NCBI GenBank assembly: GCA_963677895.2
Contig: CAXXGJ010000018.1
Coordinates: 520,057-584,056 of the forward strand
Reading direction: 5' to 3'
DNA: 64,000 bases
Origin: Treponemataceae bacterium
GTDB taxonomy: Bacteria > Spirochaetota > Spirochaetia > Treponematales > Rectinemataceae
Positions 28,039 to 38,210 of the stretch are shown here, in pieces; the first letter of the stretch is position 1; each line of letters opens with the position of its first letter. The translations under genes were made by a program, and so were the position numbers. Below the pieces are notes generated by a model. That model was given only the letters and a program-made list of their open reading frames with translations. It ran no database searches and had not been told where the DNA came from.

Positions 28039-28944
28039 TCAGCCCTTCGCCTTCCCGGCGCGTTTGGCGAGCGAGCCCGCCACGAGAGCGATGAGGGTCG
28101 CGGCATAGGGAATCATAAGTATGAATTCCGCGGGTATCCTGAATAAACCCTGGGCATAGTTCGAATAACTTTCGGCCAGCGCGAAGATGAAGCAGGCGAG
28201 GGCTATTTTGCCTGGACTTCGCGCGCCCAGATAGATAGCCACCAGGGCTATCCATCCGCGGCCGGCGCTCATGTTGGGCACATAGGCGGCGAGCGGCAGC
28301 GACAGGCTCGCGCCGGCCATTCCGCAAAAAAATCCGGACAAAACGATGGCGATAAGCCGATAGGCGTCGGGTCTGAATCCCGATGCCGCGACCGCCTCCG
28401 CGTTCGCTCCCGTCGCCCTGATCTTCATCCCCAGGGCTGTCCTGCGGATGATCACCGTGGCGGCGATGACGAAAAACCACGAGAGATAGACGAGAACGGT
28501 ATGCGAAAAAAGAGCCGGCCCGAAAAAGGGAATGCTTCCCAGCAGTCCGGCGAATGGCCTGGCCAGCTCGGGGATTTTGAAGGCGACGACGCTTTTCGTC
28601 CCGAACCATTGTCGGGAAAGCACGACGGTCAGTCCCGACGCGAAAATATTGGCCGCCAGGCCGGTCACGAAAATATTGGCCTTGAGACGTATCGTGGCCG
28701 AACCGTAGGCCCAAGCCAAGACGGCGGCGGCGAGACTCCCGGCGACGAGGCCGGCAAATAGGCTCTGCGTCATCGAGGCCGCCACGATTCCGAAAAACGC
28801 GCCGACGAGGATGAGGCCTTCCAGCGCTATGTTGAGCATTCCCGTGAGTTCGGTGAAAAGGCCGCCCAGCGCGGCGAATATGAGCGGCGTCATCGCGGCT
28901 ATCGCGTTGCCCGCTATCGTTCCTGCCGTATCGGACCAGTTCAT
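28039..28944 (-). CDS. Nucleoside-type ABC permease
   Basis: GMLNIALEG, GRGWIAL. Confidence 0.9.
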   Translation of the reverse strand: MNWSDTAGTIAGNAIAAMTPLIFAALGGLFTELTGMLNIALEGLILVGAFFGIVAASMTQSLFAGLVAGSLAAAVLAWAYGSATIRLKANIFVTGLAANIFASGLTVVLSRQWFGTKSVVAFKIPELARPFAGLLGSIPFFGPALFSHTVLVYLSWFFVIAATVIIRRTALGMKIRATGANAEAVAASGFRPDAYRLIAIVLSGFFCGMAGASLSLPLAAYVPNMSAGRGWIALVAIYLGARSPGKIALACFIFALAESYSNYAQGLFRIPAEFILMIPYAATLIALVAGSLAKRAGKAKG

Positions 28945-30002
28945 GGCTTCCCTCCGATCCCGGCCCGCTTTATCCTTATCGACTTCAGTCTTTCCGTAAA
29001 GGGAAGTGCCGTCGCCGTAATGAGAAGGAATATGACCGCCTGGACGATCGCCACGATTTCGGAACTCACATCGGAGCCGAGCATGACGCTCTTGGATCCC
29101 GAATCGAGATAGGCGTAAAAAGCCGCTGCGGGGATGAGGGCGAGAGGATTGTTCCTCGCGATGAGTGATACCGCTATGGCGCTCCAGCCGACGCCCGAAG
29201 AAAAACCGCGCATGACCTTGTAGTAGGAGCCGAAAATCATGAGAGCCCCGGCGAGGCCGTGCAACGCTCCCGATAGCGCCATGGGAAGAAGCGTGTAGAT
29301 TCCGCTATCGATCCCGGCATAGCGCGCGAACTCCCTATTGGCTCCGCAGAGCCTGAGCTCGAAGCCGAATCTTGTCCTGTCCATCACCGCCTTGCCCGCG
29401 AGGGACGCGAGGAGTCCGATGACGAGCCCGGTACTCAGCGAGGAGGGAGGAAAAATCTTCGGGAAAGCCGCGGACGCGGCGATCGCGCGCGTCGTCTGGA
29501 AATTGCTGGCCGGGTCCTGGAAAGGTCCGGTTACGAGGAAATCGACGAGAAGGACAGCCAGCGAGGAAATAAGGAAGGATGAAATGAGTTCATCGACGCC
29601 GAGGCGGCGCTTGAGAGTCCCTGATAGGCCGCCGATGAGACCGCCAGCCGCGGCCGCCGCGGTACAGGAGAGAAGTTGAACGACGCCGGTCGAGCCTTCG
29701 GGAAGGCTCAAGGCCACGAGCGTCGCCACGAGGGCTCCGCCGTAAATCTGCCCTTCGCCGCCGAGATTGAAGTTGCGCGATTCGAAGGCAAAGGCGACGC
29801 CCAGCCCAGCAACGATGAGCGGTACCATTGAAGAAACGAGGTTGCCAAGGTAGTAGCGATTCGTCAAGGGCGCCACGAAGAAGAGGAACAACGAATCGGC
29901 GAAGGAATCCGAGAAAATAAAGAGAAGCAGGCAAGCCGACGCGAGCGCGGCCGTGATAGTGAAGAGAAGGACGCCTACCCGTCCGCGGCTTGATTTACTC
30001 AT
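28941..30002 (-). CDS. Nucleoside-type ABC permease
   Basis: FNLGGEGQ, RTRFGFELR. Confidence 0.9.
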   Translation of the reverse strand: MSKSSRGRVGVLLFTITAALASACLLLFIFSDSFADSLFLFFVAPLTNRYYLGNLVSSMVPLIVAGLGVAFAFESRNFNLGGEGQIYGGALVATLVALSLPEGSTGVVQLLSCTAAAAAGGLIGGLSGTLKRRLGVDELISSFLISSLAVLLVDFLVTGPFQDPASNFQTTRAIAASAAFPKIFPPSSLSTGLVIGLLASLAGKAVMDRTRFGFELRLCGANREFARYAGIDSGIYTLLPMALSGALHGLAGALMIFGSYYKVMRGFSSGVGWSAIAVSLIARNNPLALIPAAAFYAYLDSGSKSVMLGSDVSSEIVAIVQAVIFLLITATALPFTERLKSIRIKRAGIGGKP

Positions 30003-31554
30003 CCAAGCCGCCTCGGGCCGCGACCGGGCGGGAGGATTCCGAGAGGCCGAGCATAAGGGAACCCAGAGCTTCGCGCGTCGCTTCAGGGCCATTCTGCAGG
30101 GAACCGGCCAGCCTGCCCTTGCGCAGAACGGCGATCCTGTCGGACAGCGTCAGTATTTCATCGATATCGGAGGAAAGAAGCACGATCGCCGATCCTTTTT
30201 CGCGCAGGGCGAGAATTCGGTCGTAGACGAACTCCGCCGATGCCCTGTCGAGTCCCCAGGTGGGTTCGCAGAGAACGCAGAGCGCCGGGGGTGGATCCGA
30301 AAGTTCGCGGGCGAGAATCATTTTCTGTATATTGCCGCCCGACAGCTCCTCGACGAGACTTTCCGGGTCGGCTTTTATGGAAAAGTCGCGGATGGCGGCG
30401 CCCGCCGCCTTCCTGGCCGCTTCGCCGTCGAGAATACCTCTCGGGAAGAAGGCGGCCCTGTCCAAGGCTATGAAGTTTTCGGCCACCGTCCTGCTGTCGC
30501 AGGAACCGCGCCTCATCCGGTCGGATGGGACATAGGCTATGCCGTGGAAACGCCAAGGCGCCGACCTGAAACGAGGGTAGGGATCGCCGAAGAACCGAAG
30601 TCTGCCCGAACCCGGCTTGATAATGCCCGCGAGGAGATCTTCGAGCTCCGTGAGAACATTCCCGGATAGGGCGCAGAGCCCGCAGATTTCACCCGGCCTG
30701 ACGGCGAGGGAAAGACCGTCGAGCAGGGCCAGCCCATGATGACGAGCCCGGAGGCTCAGGTTTTCGAGCTCCAGGACCGGTTCGCCGCCCGACGCGGCGG
30801 GAACGCGCGGGCGATGTTCCCTGAGGCCGCTGTTTCCCATCATCATGCCGGAGAGATCCTGTTCCGACACCGCCTGCGCGGGAAATTCGCCGACGGTCTC
30901 GCCGTCGCGCATCACGGTGACCGTATCGGCGATTTCCTTCACTTCCCTGATCTTGTGCGTGATGATGACAATAGTCCTGCCTTCTTCCCTCAGCCCGCGG
31001 AGCGTGGAAAAGAGGGAGCGTATCTCCTGTTCGGTGAGCACCGAGGTGGGCTCGTCGAGTATGAGCACCTCGCAGTTCTTGTACAGAAGCCTGAGGATTT
31101 CCACCTGCTGCCTTTCCCCGACCGTGAGTTCATCGGCCGGCTTCTCAGGATCGATCGAAAAGCCGAACCGGGCAATGGCCTTGGCGGCCGCGTCCACGCA
31201 GGCTTTCCTGTCGATGAAAATGCCGCAGCGTCTTGGCTCGACGCCGAATACGATGTTTTCGGCGGCGGAAAAGCCCGGTATGGTCATGAAATGCTGGTGG
31301 ACCATGCCGATCCCCTGCCTGGACGTGTCGGAAGCGTTGCGGAAGCCGACAGCGCGCCCGTCTATGGCTATACTGCCGGAATCGGCCTTGGTCAGGCCGG
31401 CGAGGATCCTCATGAGCGTCGTCTTGCCGGCGCCGTTTTCGCCGATGACGGCGTGGATTTCGCCCGCGGACAGATGAAGCTCGGCCTTTCTGTTCGCCCA
31501 GGTTCCGCTCGAAGAGAAAAATTTGTCTATTTTCTCAAGGCTGATACTTTTCAT
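29995..31554 (-). CDS. ABC ATP-binding protein with two NBDs
   Basis: GENGAGKT, LDEPT, LSGGNIQK. Confidence 0.93.
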   Translation of the reverse strand: MKSISLEKIDKFFSSSGTWANRKAELHLSAGEIHAVIGENGAGKTTLMRILAGLTKADSGSIAIDGRAVGFRNASDTSRQGIGMVHQHFMTIPGFSAAENIVFGVEPRRCGIFIDRKACVDAAAKAIARFGFSIDPEKPADELTVGERQQVEILRLLYKNCEVLILDEPTSVLTEQEIRSLFSTLRGLREEGRTIVIITHKIREVKEIADTVTVMRDGETVGEFPAQAVSEQDLSGMMMGNSGLREHRPRVPAASGGEPVLELENLSLRARHHGLALLDGLSLAVRPGEICGLCALSGNVLTELEDLLAGIIKPGSGRLRFFGDPYPRFRSAPWRFHGIAYVPSDRMRRGSCDSRTVAENFIALDRAAFFPRGILDGEAARKAAGAAIRDFSIKADPESLVEELSGGNIQKMILARELSDPPPALCVLCEPTWGLDRASAEFVYDRILALREKGSAIVLLSSDIDEILTLSDRIAVLRKGRLAGSLQNGPEATREALGSLMLGLSESSRPVAARGGLDE

Positions 31555-31575
31555 TATGAGGCGCCAAGCCCTGAA

Positions 31576-32580
31576 TCAGAGCTGGGGGACCTTGAACGAC
31601 AGCGACCCGTTTTTGATCCTGGCGATAGCCTCCGCCACCTTGGCCTGCACGGATTTAGGCACGCCATCCAGATAGCTGGGATTCGCGTTCAGCAGTTCGA
31701 TATAGCCTTCCCTCATGCCGACGATATCGGCTTTTCCGAACGCCAGCTTGCCTTCCACCGCTTCCTTCAGCTTCGTGTAGGCCAGGTTCTCCTGGCGCAG
31801 GGCGGTGCAGCCGAGAATGGTCTTCGGAGCGCGCGCGTACTCGTCGCTGTCGAAAAAGAGGAGATACTTGCCGGCATCCTGGGCCGTCTTTATGACGCCC
31901 TGGCTCGCCGAACCGCAGATGGGCAGGATGACATCGACGCCCGAGTCGATCATGCTTCGGGCGAGCTCGGCCGCCTTGGTCGCGTCGTACCAGTTGCCGA
32001 GCACCCTGACGTCCAGCTGGAAGGCTGGATCGGCCGCCTTCAGTCCCTGCTCGAAGCCCGGAATGATGAGCTTGTCCATGACGGGGTAGTGCTGTCCGAT
32101 GATAAGCCCAACCTTCTTGGCCGCGTTGGCCCCGGGGAGGGAACTCATCGACAGCAGGCCGGCCAGATAGCCCGTTATGTATCCCTGTTCGGTTTGATTG
32201 TAGAGAACGGTGTAAAGATTGGGATTCCCCGGCTTCATGCCGTCCAGGCTGATGAACTTCTGCTTGGGGAACATGGGCGAAATCGCGCCGATGAGATCCG
32301 GCAGGGAAGGATTGGAGGTGAGGATGAAATCGTAATTGCCCGTCGCCACGAAACTCGTCAGCTTTTCCTGCCACTCCGCCTGGTTGAAGCCGGCCTCGAA
32401 AATCTTTACCGAGGCGCCGGGGATTTCGGCGGCCAGTCTTTCGGCGCCGGCCGCGAGATCGGAATACGTGGGGCTGCCTTCCCTGACGCCGGGAATGAAG
32501 ACGCCGATTCTCGGCGGTTTGGCGAAGGCGGGAAGCGCGAGAACGAGGATGGCCGCGACGATGGACAGACGGAATTTCAT
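31576..32580 (-). CDS. BMP-family substrate-binding protein
   Basis: EQGYITGYLAG, GNWYD, GVDVI; signal peptide; RBS GGAGG. Confidence 0.88.
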   Translation of the reverse strand: MKFRLSIVAAILVLALPAFAKPPRIGVFIPGVREGSPTYSDLAAGAERLAAEIPGASVKIFEAGFNQAEWQEKLTSFVATGNYDFILTSNPSLPDLIGAISPMFPKQKFISLDGMKPGNPNLYTVLYNQTEQGYITGYLAGLLSMSSLPGANAAKKVGLIIGQHYPVMDKLIIPGFEQGLKAADPAFQLDVRVLGNWYDATKAAELARSMIDSGVDVILPICGSASQGVIKTAQDAGKYLLFFDSDEYARAPKTILGCTALRQENLAYTKLKEAVEGKLAFGKADIVGMREGYIELLNANPSYLDGVPKSVQAKVAEAIARIKNGSLSFKVPQL

Positions 32581-32707
32581 ACATTCCTCCAAAATGACGG
32601 GAGAATTGACAAGCTGCCGAAACTTACGTAACAAAAAATCTTACGTAAAATTGATAATAACATATTTCAAAAAATATTCAAGTAGGGTATCATTGAAACA
32701 GCACAGT

Positions 32708-33166
32708 ATGAAAACCAACGGCGATAGCTTGAAAATCGGGGACCTCGCCTCCATGTTCGGACTCACGGCGAGATCCATACGCTACTATGAAGAATTGGGC
32801 CTCCTGAAATCCAACGACAGGACGGAAGGGCTCCATCGTCGCTATCCCGGCAGGAACATCGTCTACCTGAAAAGAATCAGGCAGCTCAAGGCCTATGGAC
32901 TGAGCCTGGGCGAGATCAAGGAGTTTTTCGACCTGGCCGAGGAAGATCCCTCGGGGGAAGCCTGCAAGGCCCTTCTCGTCAGAAAATACGAAGAGCGGAT
33001 CAGCGCCGAAGAGGCGGCCATCGGCGAAGCGCAGAAAAGGCTGGACGAGCTGAAAGACCAGGCCGACTGCCTGCGCGGCTCGGGGCGGTTTTTCGCCTGC
33101 CCCGGCGAGGAATGCGGCGAATGCGATACGGCGGATTTCTGCGACACGGGAAGCGATAAGGCATGA
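32708..33166 (+). CDS. MerR-family regulator with Cys-rich C-terminus
   Basis: IGDLA...RSIRYYEELGLL; tail CPGEECGECDTADFC. Confidence 0.9.
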   Translation: MKTNGDSLKIGDLASMFGLTARSIRYYEELGLLKSNDRTEGLHRRYPGRNIVYLKRIRQLKAYGLSLGEIKEFFDLAEEDPSGEACKALLVRKYEERISAEEAAIGEAQKRLDELKDQADCLRGSGRFFACPGEECGECDTADFCDTGSDKA

Positions 33167-34608
33167 TCGTCGCCATCGATATAGGAACAACGAGCGCGAA
33201 AGCGGCTCTTTTCGACAGGGAAGGCGGCTGTGTCGCCGTCGAAAGGGTGACGATTCATGGCATCATCGGCGCCAATCCCGTCGAGCATGAAATAGACCCG
33301 CGATCCTGGACTGAAGCGGTCAAAGGGCTGCTCGCGGGGCTGGCGGCCGCGGTTCGGGGCGGACTGAGCGACGTGGAATGCGTGGCGGTGAGCGGAAACG
33401 GCCCCACGCTGTTGCCGGTTGGCGCCGACGGCGAGCCGCTCCACAACGCCATCACCTGGATGGACAGAAGAGCCGCCGGGGAGTCGGCGCTGGCCGAACC
33501 CATTTTAGGCAGGTTCCTCGATCCCGCGTACAATCTTCCGAAGGTGCTCTGGCTCAAGGCCCAGCGCCCCGATATCTACGAAAACACCCGTTGGTTCTCA
33601 TCCTGTCCCGAATACATCATCGCGCGCCTCTGCGGCGCCTGGATAAGCATCCTCCCCGCCGAAGGCTACCAGGCGATAATCTGGGACTCGAGGTCGTTGA
33701 GACTTCTTGGCTTGGACGAAGGGAAATTTCCCCCCTTCGCGAAGCTGGGCTCCATAGTGGGGGCGGTGACGCGACAGGCGGCCGAAGCGACCGGCCTTCC
33801 CGAAGGCATCCCCGTCGTCGCGGGCGGACCCGATTTCATCGTCTCCCTCATAGGCACCGCGACGACCAGTCCCCGCAGGGCCTGCGACAGATCGGGCACC
33901 TCCGAGGGCATCAACCTCTGCTGGAACACGGCGGTCCCGCGAGATCCGCGTCTCCTCTTCATGCCGCACGTAATAGAACCTTACGAGAACATCTCCGGCG
34001 TCATCTCGGCGACGGGAAGGGCTGTTTCCTGGTTCATGGGCATCGAGGGCGTCGGGGCGGGCGATCACGGCGACTTTTTCCGCATGGCGGCGGAGGCCCC
34101 GGCCGGCGCCGACAGCCTGCTTTTCCTTCCCTATCTTTCGGGCGAACGGGCCCCTCTCTGGAACCCCGACGCCCGTGCCGTCTTCGTGGGACTTTCCCTG
34201 CGGCATGGAAGGAAAGAGATGGCCCGGGCCGTGGCCGAGTCGGCGGGATTCGCCATGCGCGACGTCATCGAGGTGATGGAATCCCTGGGGGCGCGGGTGG
34301 AGGATCTCCGCGTCACGGGCCAGCCAGCCGGGAACGCCGTTTGGAACCAGATCAAGGCCGACATAACGCGGAAGCCCATCCTCGTTCCGGCCTTCGGCGA
34401 AGCGGAACTCCTCGGCGACCTCTGCCTCGCCCTGGTCGCCCTGGGCCAGTTCCCGACCATAGGGCTGGCGGCCGAAAAACTCGTCTCCTTCGGAAAGACC
34501 TTTTTCCCCGACGAATCGAAGAAGGCGCTCTATGACGAGCTCTTTTCCCTATATCGCGAGAGCTACAAGGGGCTGGAGCCGGTTTTTCACCGCCTTGCGA
34601 AGCTTTAG
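33163..34608 (+). CDS. FGGY carbohydrate kinase, xylulokinase-like
   Basis: IDIGTTSAK, WMDRR, PYLSGERAP. Confidence 0.9.
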   Translation: MIVAIDIGTTSAKAALFDREGGCVAVERVTIHGIIGANPVEHEIDPRSWTEAVKGLLAGLAAAVRGGLSDVECVAVSGNGPTLLPVGADGEPLHNAITWMDRRAAGESALAEPILGRFLDPAYNLPKVLWLKAQRPDIYENTRWFSSCPEYIIARLCGAWISILPAEGYQAIIWDSRSLRLLGLDEGKFPPFAKLGSIVGAVTRQAAEATGLPEGIPVVAGGPDFIVSLIGTATTSPRRACDRSGTSEGINLCWNTAVPRDPRLLFMPHVIEPYENISGVISATGRAVSWFMGIEGVGAGDHGDFFRMAAEAPAGADSLLFLPYLSGERAPLWNPDARAVFVGLSLRHGRKEMARAVAESAGFAMRDVIEVMESLGARVEDLRVTGQPAGNAVWNQIKADITRKPILVPAFGEAELLGDLCLALVALGQFPTIGLAAEKLVSFGKTFFPDESKKALYDELFSLYRESYKGLEPVFHRLAKL

Positions 34609-34800
34609 GCGTTGAGGCGCTTCGCGCGGGTTCAGGACGAAAAGAAAACACAGGAACACGCAACTTCCCGAGGCTCCCGCCGGGATTCCCCTTGACCCTT
34701 TTCCAAAGACTGTCTACTTTTACGGAAACTTGCCGGCTTCTTCTAAAATTTACGCGTTTAAATGTATAATGGATGCGAACGCCAGCACGGAGGTAATTTC

Positions 34801-35382
34801 ATGCCCGAAACCAAAGTCGTCATCAATCTTTCCAACCGCCACGTCCACGTCAGCCGCGAGGATCTCGACATCCTCTACGGCAAGGGCTATCAGCTCACCA
34901 AGACCAAGGACCTGATCCAGCCCGGACAGTTCGCATGCGCCGAGACCGTCACCATCAAGGGACCGAAGGGCGCCTTCGAGGGCGTCAGGATACTCGGACC
35001 TGAACGCAAGGAGACGCAGTGCGAGATTCTCGCGAGCGATCAGTTCAAGCTGGGCGTTCCCGGCTGCCCCGTGCGCGAATCGGGCCAGCTCGACGGCAGC
35101 GCCCCCTTCGAAATCATCGGACCGGCCGGTTCCATCAAGAAGGACAAGGGACTCATCATCGCCAAGCGCCATATCCACTTCAACCTTGAAGAGGGCAAGC
35201 GCTTCGGTGTCGCCGACAAGCAGCTCGTCAGCCTCAAGGCCGGCGGGGAGAGGGGAGCCATCTTCCTCAACGTCGTCTGCCGCGTCAACGCGGCCTATGC
35301 TCTCGAGTGCCATCTCGATTTCGACGAAGGCAACGCCGTGGGCATCGGCAACGGCACGCTCGGCGAGATCACGACGCTCTGA
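34801..35382 (+). CDS. pduL: Phosphate propanoyl/acetyltransferase PduL
   Basis: SNRHVH, QPGQFA, RHIH, HLDFDEGNA. Confidence 0.92.
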   Translation: MPETKVVINLSNRHVHVSREDLDILYGKGYQLTKTKDLIQPGQFACAETVTIKGPKGAFEGVRILGPERKETQCEILASDQFKLGVPGCPVRESGQLDGSAPFEIIGPAGSIKKDKGLIIAKRHIHFNLEEGKRFGVADKQLVSLKAGGERGAIFLNVVCRVNAAYALECHLDFDEGNAVGIGNGTLGEITTL

Positions 35383-35441
35383 TTTCAAATCGATAATTCC
35401 GGCGGGCTTCTTTCTGGCCCGCCGCCTGAAGGGGATCGGAA

Positions 35442-36506
35442 GTGAGCAAGATAATACTGAAAGCGCAGGATCTCGACGGCTATCTGTCGGCCAAGGACAA
35501 CGCGTACCTGGCGCAGATGGACGCGCTTTACCGCCAGGCCATGGTTTCCTTCAACATTCTGGGCACGAGCCATTCGGAAACCGAGAAAAAGAAGGAAGAA
35601 GCCGCCCTCATCGAGCTCTACAACACGATGGGGAGCCTGATGAAGGAGATATGCGCGAGCGAGCCGCGCATTCAGGTATATTCCTTCGTCACGCCGCACG
35701 AGAACCACGGCGAAGCCTCGCGCCTCATCGCCAAGCTCCGCGACATCAATACCGGACGCCAGGAATTCGTCTACTACACGCAGAGGGCTTTCGAACTCCT
35801 CTTCAACATCGCTTTCGGCGGCGGCGTCAATCCCAACAAGAATTACCTCATCGTCAAGACGCCCGTCGGCATTCCCGTGCAGAACTACGCCGTGCACAAG
35901 ATACCCAACATCGACGCGCAGCTTTCCGACACGGTGATGTGCGTCATGCTGCGCGGCGCCCTCCTGCCGTCGATGATCGTCTCCAAGGAAATACAGGAGT
36001 ATTCCTCTTCGGGCTATCTCACCCCCTTTGCCCTCTTCAAGATCAAGCGCGACGATTCGAAGAGCGAGACGACGATGGAGTACATACTCGACCTGGACCG
36101 TTCCTACTTCAAGCTGGAGGAACTGGACGGGAAGAATCTCGTGTTCGCCGATCCCATGAACGCCACCGGCGGCTCGCTCGTCACCGTGGTGAAATACCTC
36201 CTCGAGAAGGGCGTCAAACCCAAGTCGGTGAAGTTCCTCAACGTCATTTCCGCGCTGAAAGGCAGCCTGAGAATCGTCAGGGCCATCGAGAACGTCACGG
36301 TCCACACGCTGTGGATGGATCCCATCCTCAACGAGCGCGCCTACATCATGCCCGGCCTGGGCGACGCGGGCGACAGGATCAACGGCGTGGACGAGGACAG
36401 GAATCCCCGCGACATGCTCAGGCTCGTGGCCGATTACGGCACCAACATCACCGGACTGTACCGCTCACAGCTCAGGATCATCGAAGAAACGGTGCTCCAC
36501 CATTGA
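35442..36506 (+). CDS. upp: Uracil phosphoribosyltransferase, long spirochete-type form
   Basis: [26 protein letters not shown]. Confidence 0.9.
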   Translation: MSKIILKAQDLDGYLSAKDNAYLAQMDALYRQAMVSFNILGTSHSETEKKKEEAALIELYNTMGSLMKEICASEPRIQVYSFVTPHENHGEASRLIAKLRDINTGRQEFVYYTQRAFELLFNIAFGGGVNPNKNYLIVKTPVGIPVQNYAVHKIPNIDAQLSDTVMCVMLRGALLPSMIVSKEIQEYSSSGYLTPFALFKIKRDDSKSETTMEYILDLDRSYFKLEELDGKNLVFADPMNATGGSLVTVVKYLLEKGVKPKSVKFLNVISALKGSLRIVRAIENVTVHTLWMDPILNERAYIMPGLGDAGDRINGVDEDRNPRDMLRLVADYGTNITGLYRSQLRIIEETVLHH

Positions 36507-36521
36507 GCCGAAGGTCCTCCC

Positions 36522-37364
36522 ATGACTGAAACGAAACCCGTCGGCTTTTCGCTGTTCTGCGGCCCCGACCTCATCCTTCCGCCCGGGTGGAAGGATGGGG
36601 TGCCGGGCCTGCCTCTTTTTGAATCGCTGTCGCTCCCGGGCGGCGCCGTCGTGGCAAAAAAGGATGGGGTCCCCTCAGGCTTCGCGAGCACAGCCTTCGA
36701 CTTCGGCGGCAGGACCTATATGGCAGTGGAGCTGAGCGACGAGCAGGCTTCGGGGCTGCCGGGGGCTTCCCGCGTTCCGCTGCGACAGTTCATCGGCGCG
36801 GCGCCGCAGGATTCGGTCATCTTCATCCTCAAGGCGAGGGCGTACGCGCACTGGTCTTTCGTGGCGCACTACTGCGCCTTCTGCGGCGCTCCGCTCGTCG
36901 ACGGGCGCGGCCGCGACTTCGAAAGAGCGAAGGTCTGCGAGGCTTGCGGCCGCGCCTACTTCCCGCGCATTTCGCCCGCGGTAATCGTCCTCATCCATCG
37001 CGGCGGCGAGATGCTTCTCGCGCACAACGCCAAGTTTCCCGCCGGCCGCCACGGCTTGATAGCGGGGTTCGTCGAGCCGGGCGAAACGCTGGAGGAGACT
37101 GTACATCGCGAGGTCATGGAGGAGGCCGGCATCGAGATAAGCGAGCCGCGCTACGTCAGATCCCAGCCCTGGCCCTTTCCCGATTCGCTCATGATCGCTT
37201 TCGAGGCCGAATACAAGTCCGGCGAGGTACGTCCCGACGGCGAGGAAATCGACCATCTGGGCTGGTTCTCGCCCGACCGTCTGCCCGACATTCCCCCGCA
37301 CGGTTCCGTGGCCCGCTATCTCATCGATCGCTTCATCGCCGCGGCTCAGCTGCCCTCGGCTTAG
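36522..37364 (+). CDS. nudC: NAD(+) diphosphatase NudC
   Basis: Zn ribbon, Nudix box GETLEETVHREVMEEAG, SQPWPFP. Confidence 0.93.
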   Translation: MTETKPVGFSLFCGPDLILPPGWKDGVPGLPLFESLSLPGGAVVAKKDGVPSGFASTAFDFGGRTYMAVELSDEQASGLPGASRVPLRQFIGAAPQDSVIFILKARAYAHWSFVAHYCAFCGAPLVDGRGRDFERAKVCEACGRAYFPRISPAVIVLIHRGGEMLLAHNAKFPAGRHGLIAGFVEPGETLEETVHREVMEEAGIEISEPRYVRSQPWPFPDSLMIAFEAEYKSGEVRPDGEEIDHLGWFSPDRLPDIPPHGSVARYLIDRFIAAAQLPSA

Positions 37365-37390
37365 GCGGCCCTCTCAGCGGGGCAATCCGA

Positions 37391-38092
37391 TCAACGGGGC
37401 GAAGAGCTCCTGGAATTCCTCAGCTTCCGCAGACCCTCGCCATCCAGTATCCTTATTTCCTTTCCCGAAAGTTCCAGGATTCCGAGGCGCTGCAGGGCTC
37501 CCAGTTCGCGCGAAAGGCTGGGCCTCGCTACGCCGAAAAGCTCCGCCATCCTCTCGCGCGTCGCTTCAAGGCGTATCGTGGCCGAACCGGAGAGTTCGCG
37601 GCGGCGAAGGAGCCAATCGGCGAGTTTTTCCCTCAGGCTTATGAATTGGGCCGCCTTCAGTTTCTCCGTCAGCGAGAAGACCCTTTCTCCTATCTCTTCG
37701 AGCAAGGCTTGCAGGATAGGCTGATGTTTCATGCATAATTTCAACAGGGCTTCTTTCGGGATCACGACGAAGCGGCAGTCGGTCCTGGCTTCGACGCTGA
37801 CGGGCAGCCTTTGTCCCGAAGTGAAGAGTATGGCCGAAGCGATGGCTTCTACCGCCTTGAAACTCTCAACCCGAACTACCTTTCCCTCGTCGCTCGTCAT
37901 CTCCGCGAAAGCCTCGCCCTCGATGAGGATGTACAGCGACGAGTACCTGCATCCGGCCAACAGGATGACCGAATTCTTCTCGAAGGTCTTGAGCGAATGC
38001 GGAAGCGTATCGAAATCCTTCGCCAGTTCGGCCGGTTCGATATCGGCGAATATCCCGCACGAGGAAAGTCTTGCCATGTCGCGAAGCTGCAT
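37391..38092 (-). CDS. Crp/Fnr-family regulator
   Basis: cNMP-like domain; HTH AELFGVARPSLSREL. Confidence 0.9.
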   Translation of the reverse strand: MQLRDMARLSSCGIFADIEPAELAKDFDTLPHSLKTFEKNSVILLAGCRYSSLYILIEGEAFAEMTSDEGKVVRVESFKAVEAIASAILFTSGQRLPVSVEARTDCRFVVIPKEALLKLCMKHQPILQALLEEIGERVFSLTEKLKAAQFISLREKLADWLLRRRELSGSATIRLEATRERMAELFGVARPSLSRELGALQRLGILELSGKEIRILDGEGLRKLRNSRSSSPR

Positions 38093-38210
38093 TGCCGTCC
38101 ATTTTCCCGCGCGAAGGGTCTTTTGTCCAGTGCGATCGCGCGAGCCCTGAACGCACCCCCTTGCGCGCGCGGTCGGCTGCGCCTACCATGCCGATAGCAA
38201 GGAGAAACGA

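Noticed and set aside
30736..32631. Long antisense ORFs (631 aa here, 638 aa at 45710-47626, and others)
   Set aside because: Shadow frames of high-GC genes with clear family motifs on the opposite strand
34801..35382. pduL as evidence of a bacterial microcompartment
   Set aside because: No shell genes nearby and no N-terminal encapsulation extension; stand-alone PduL is known
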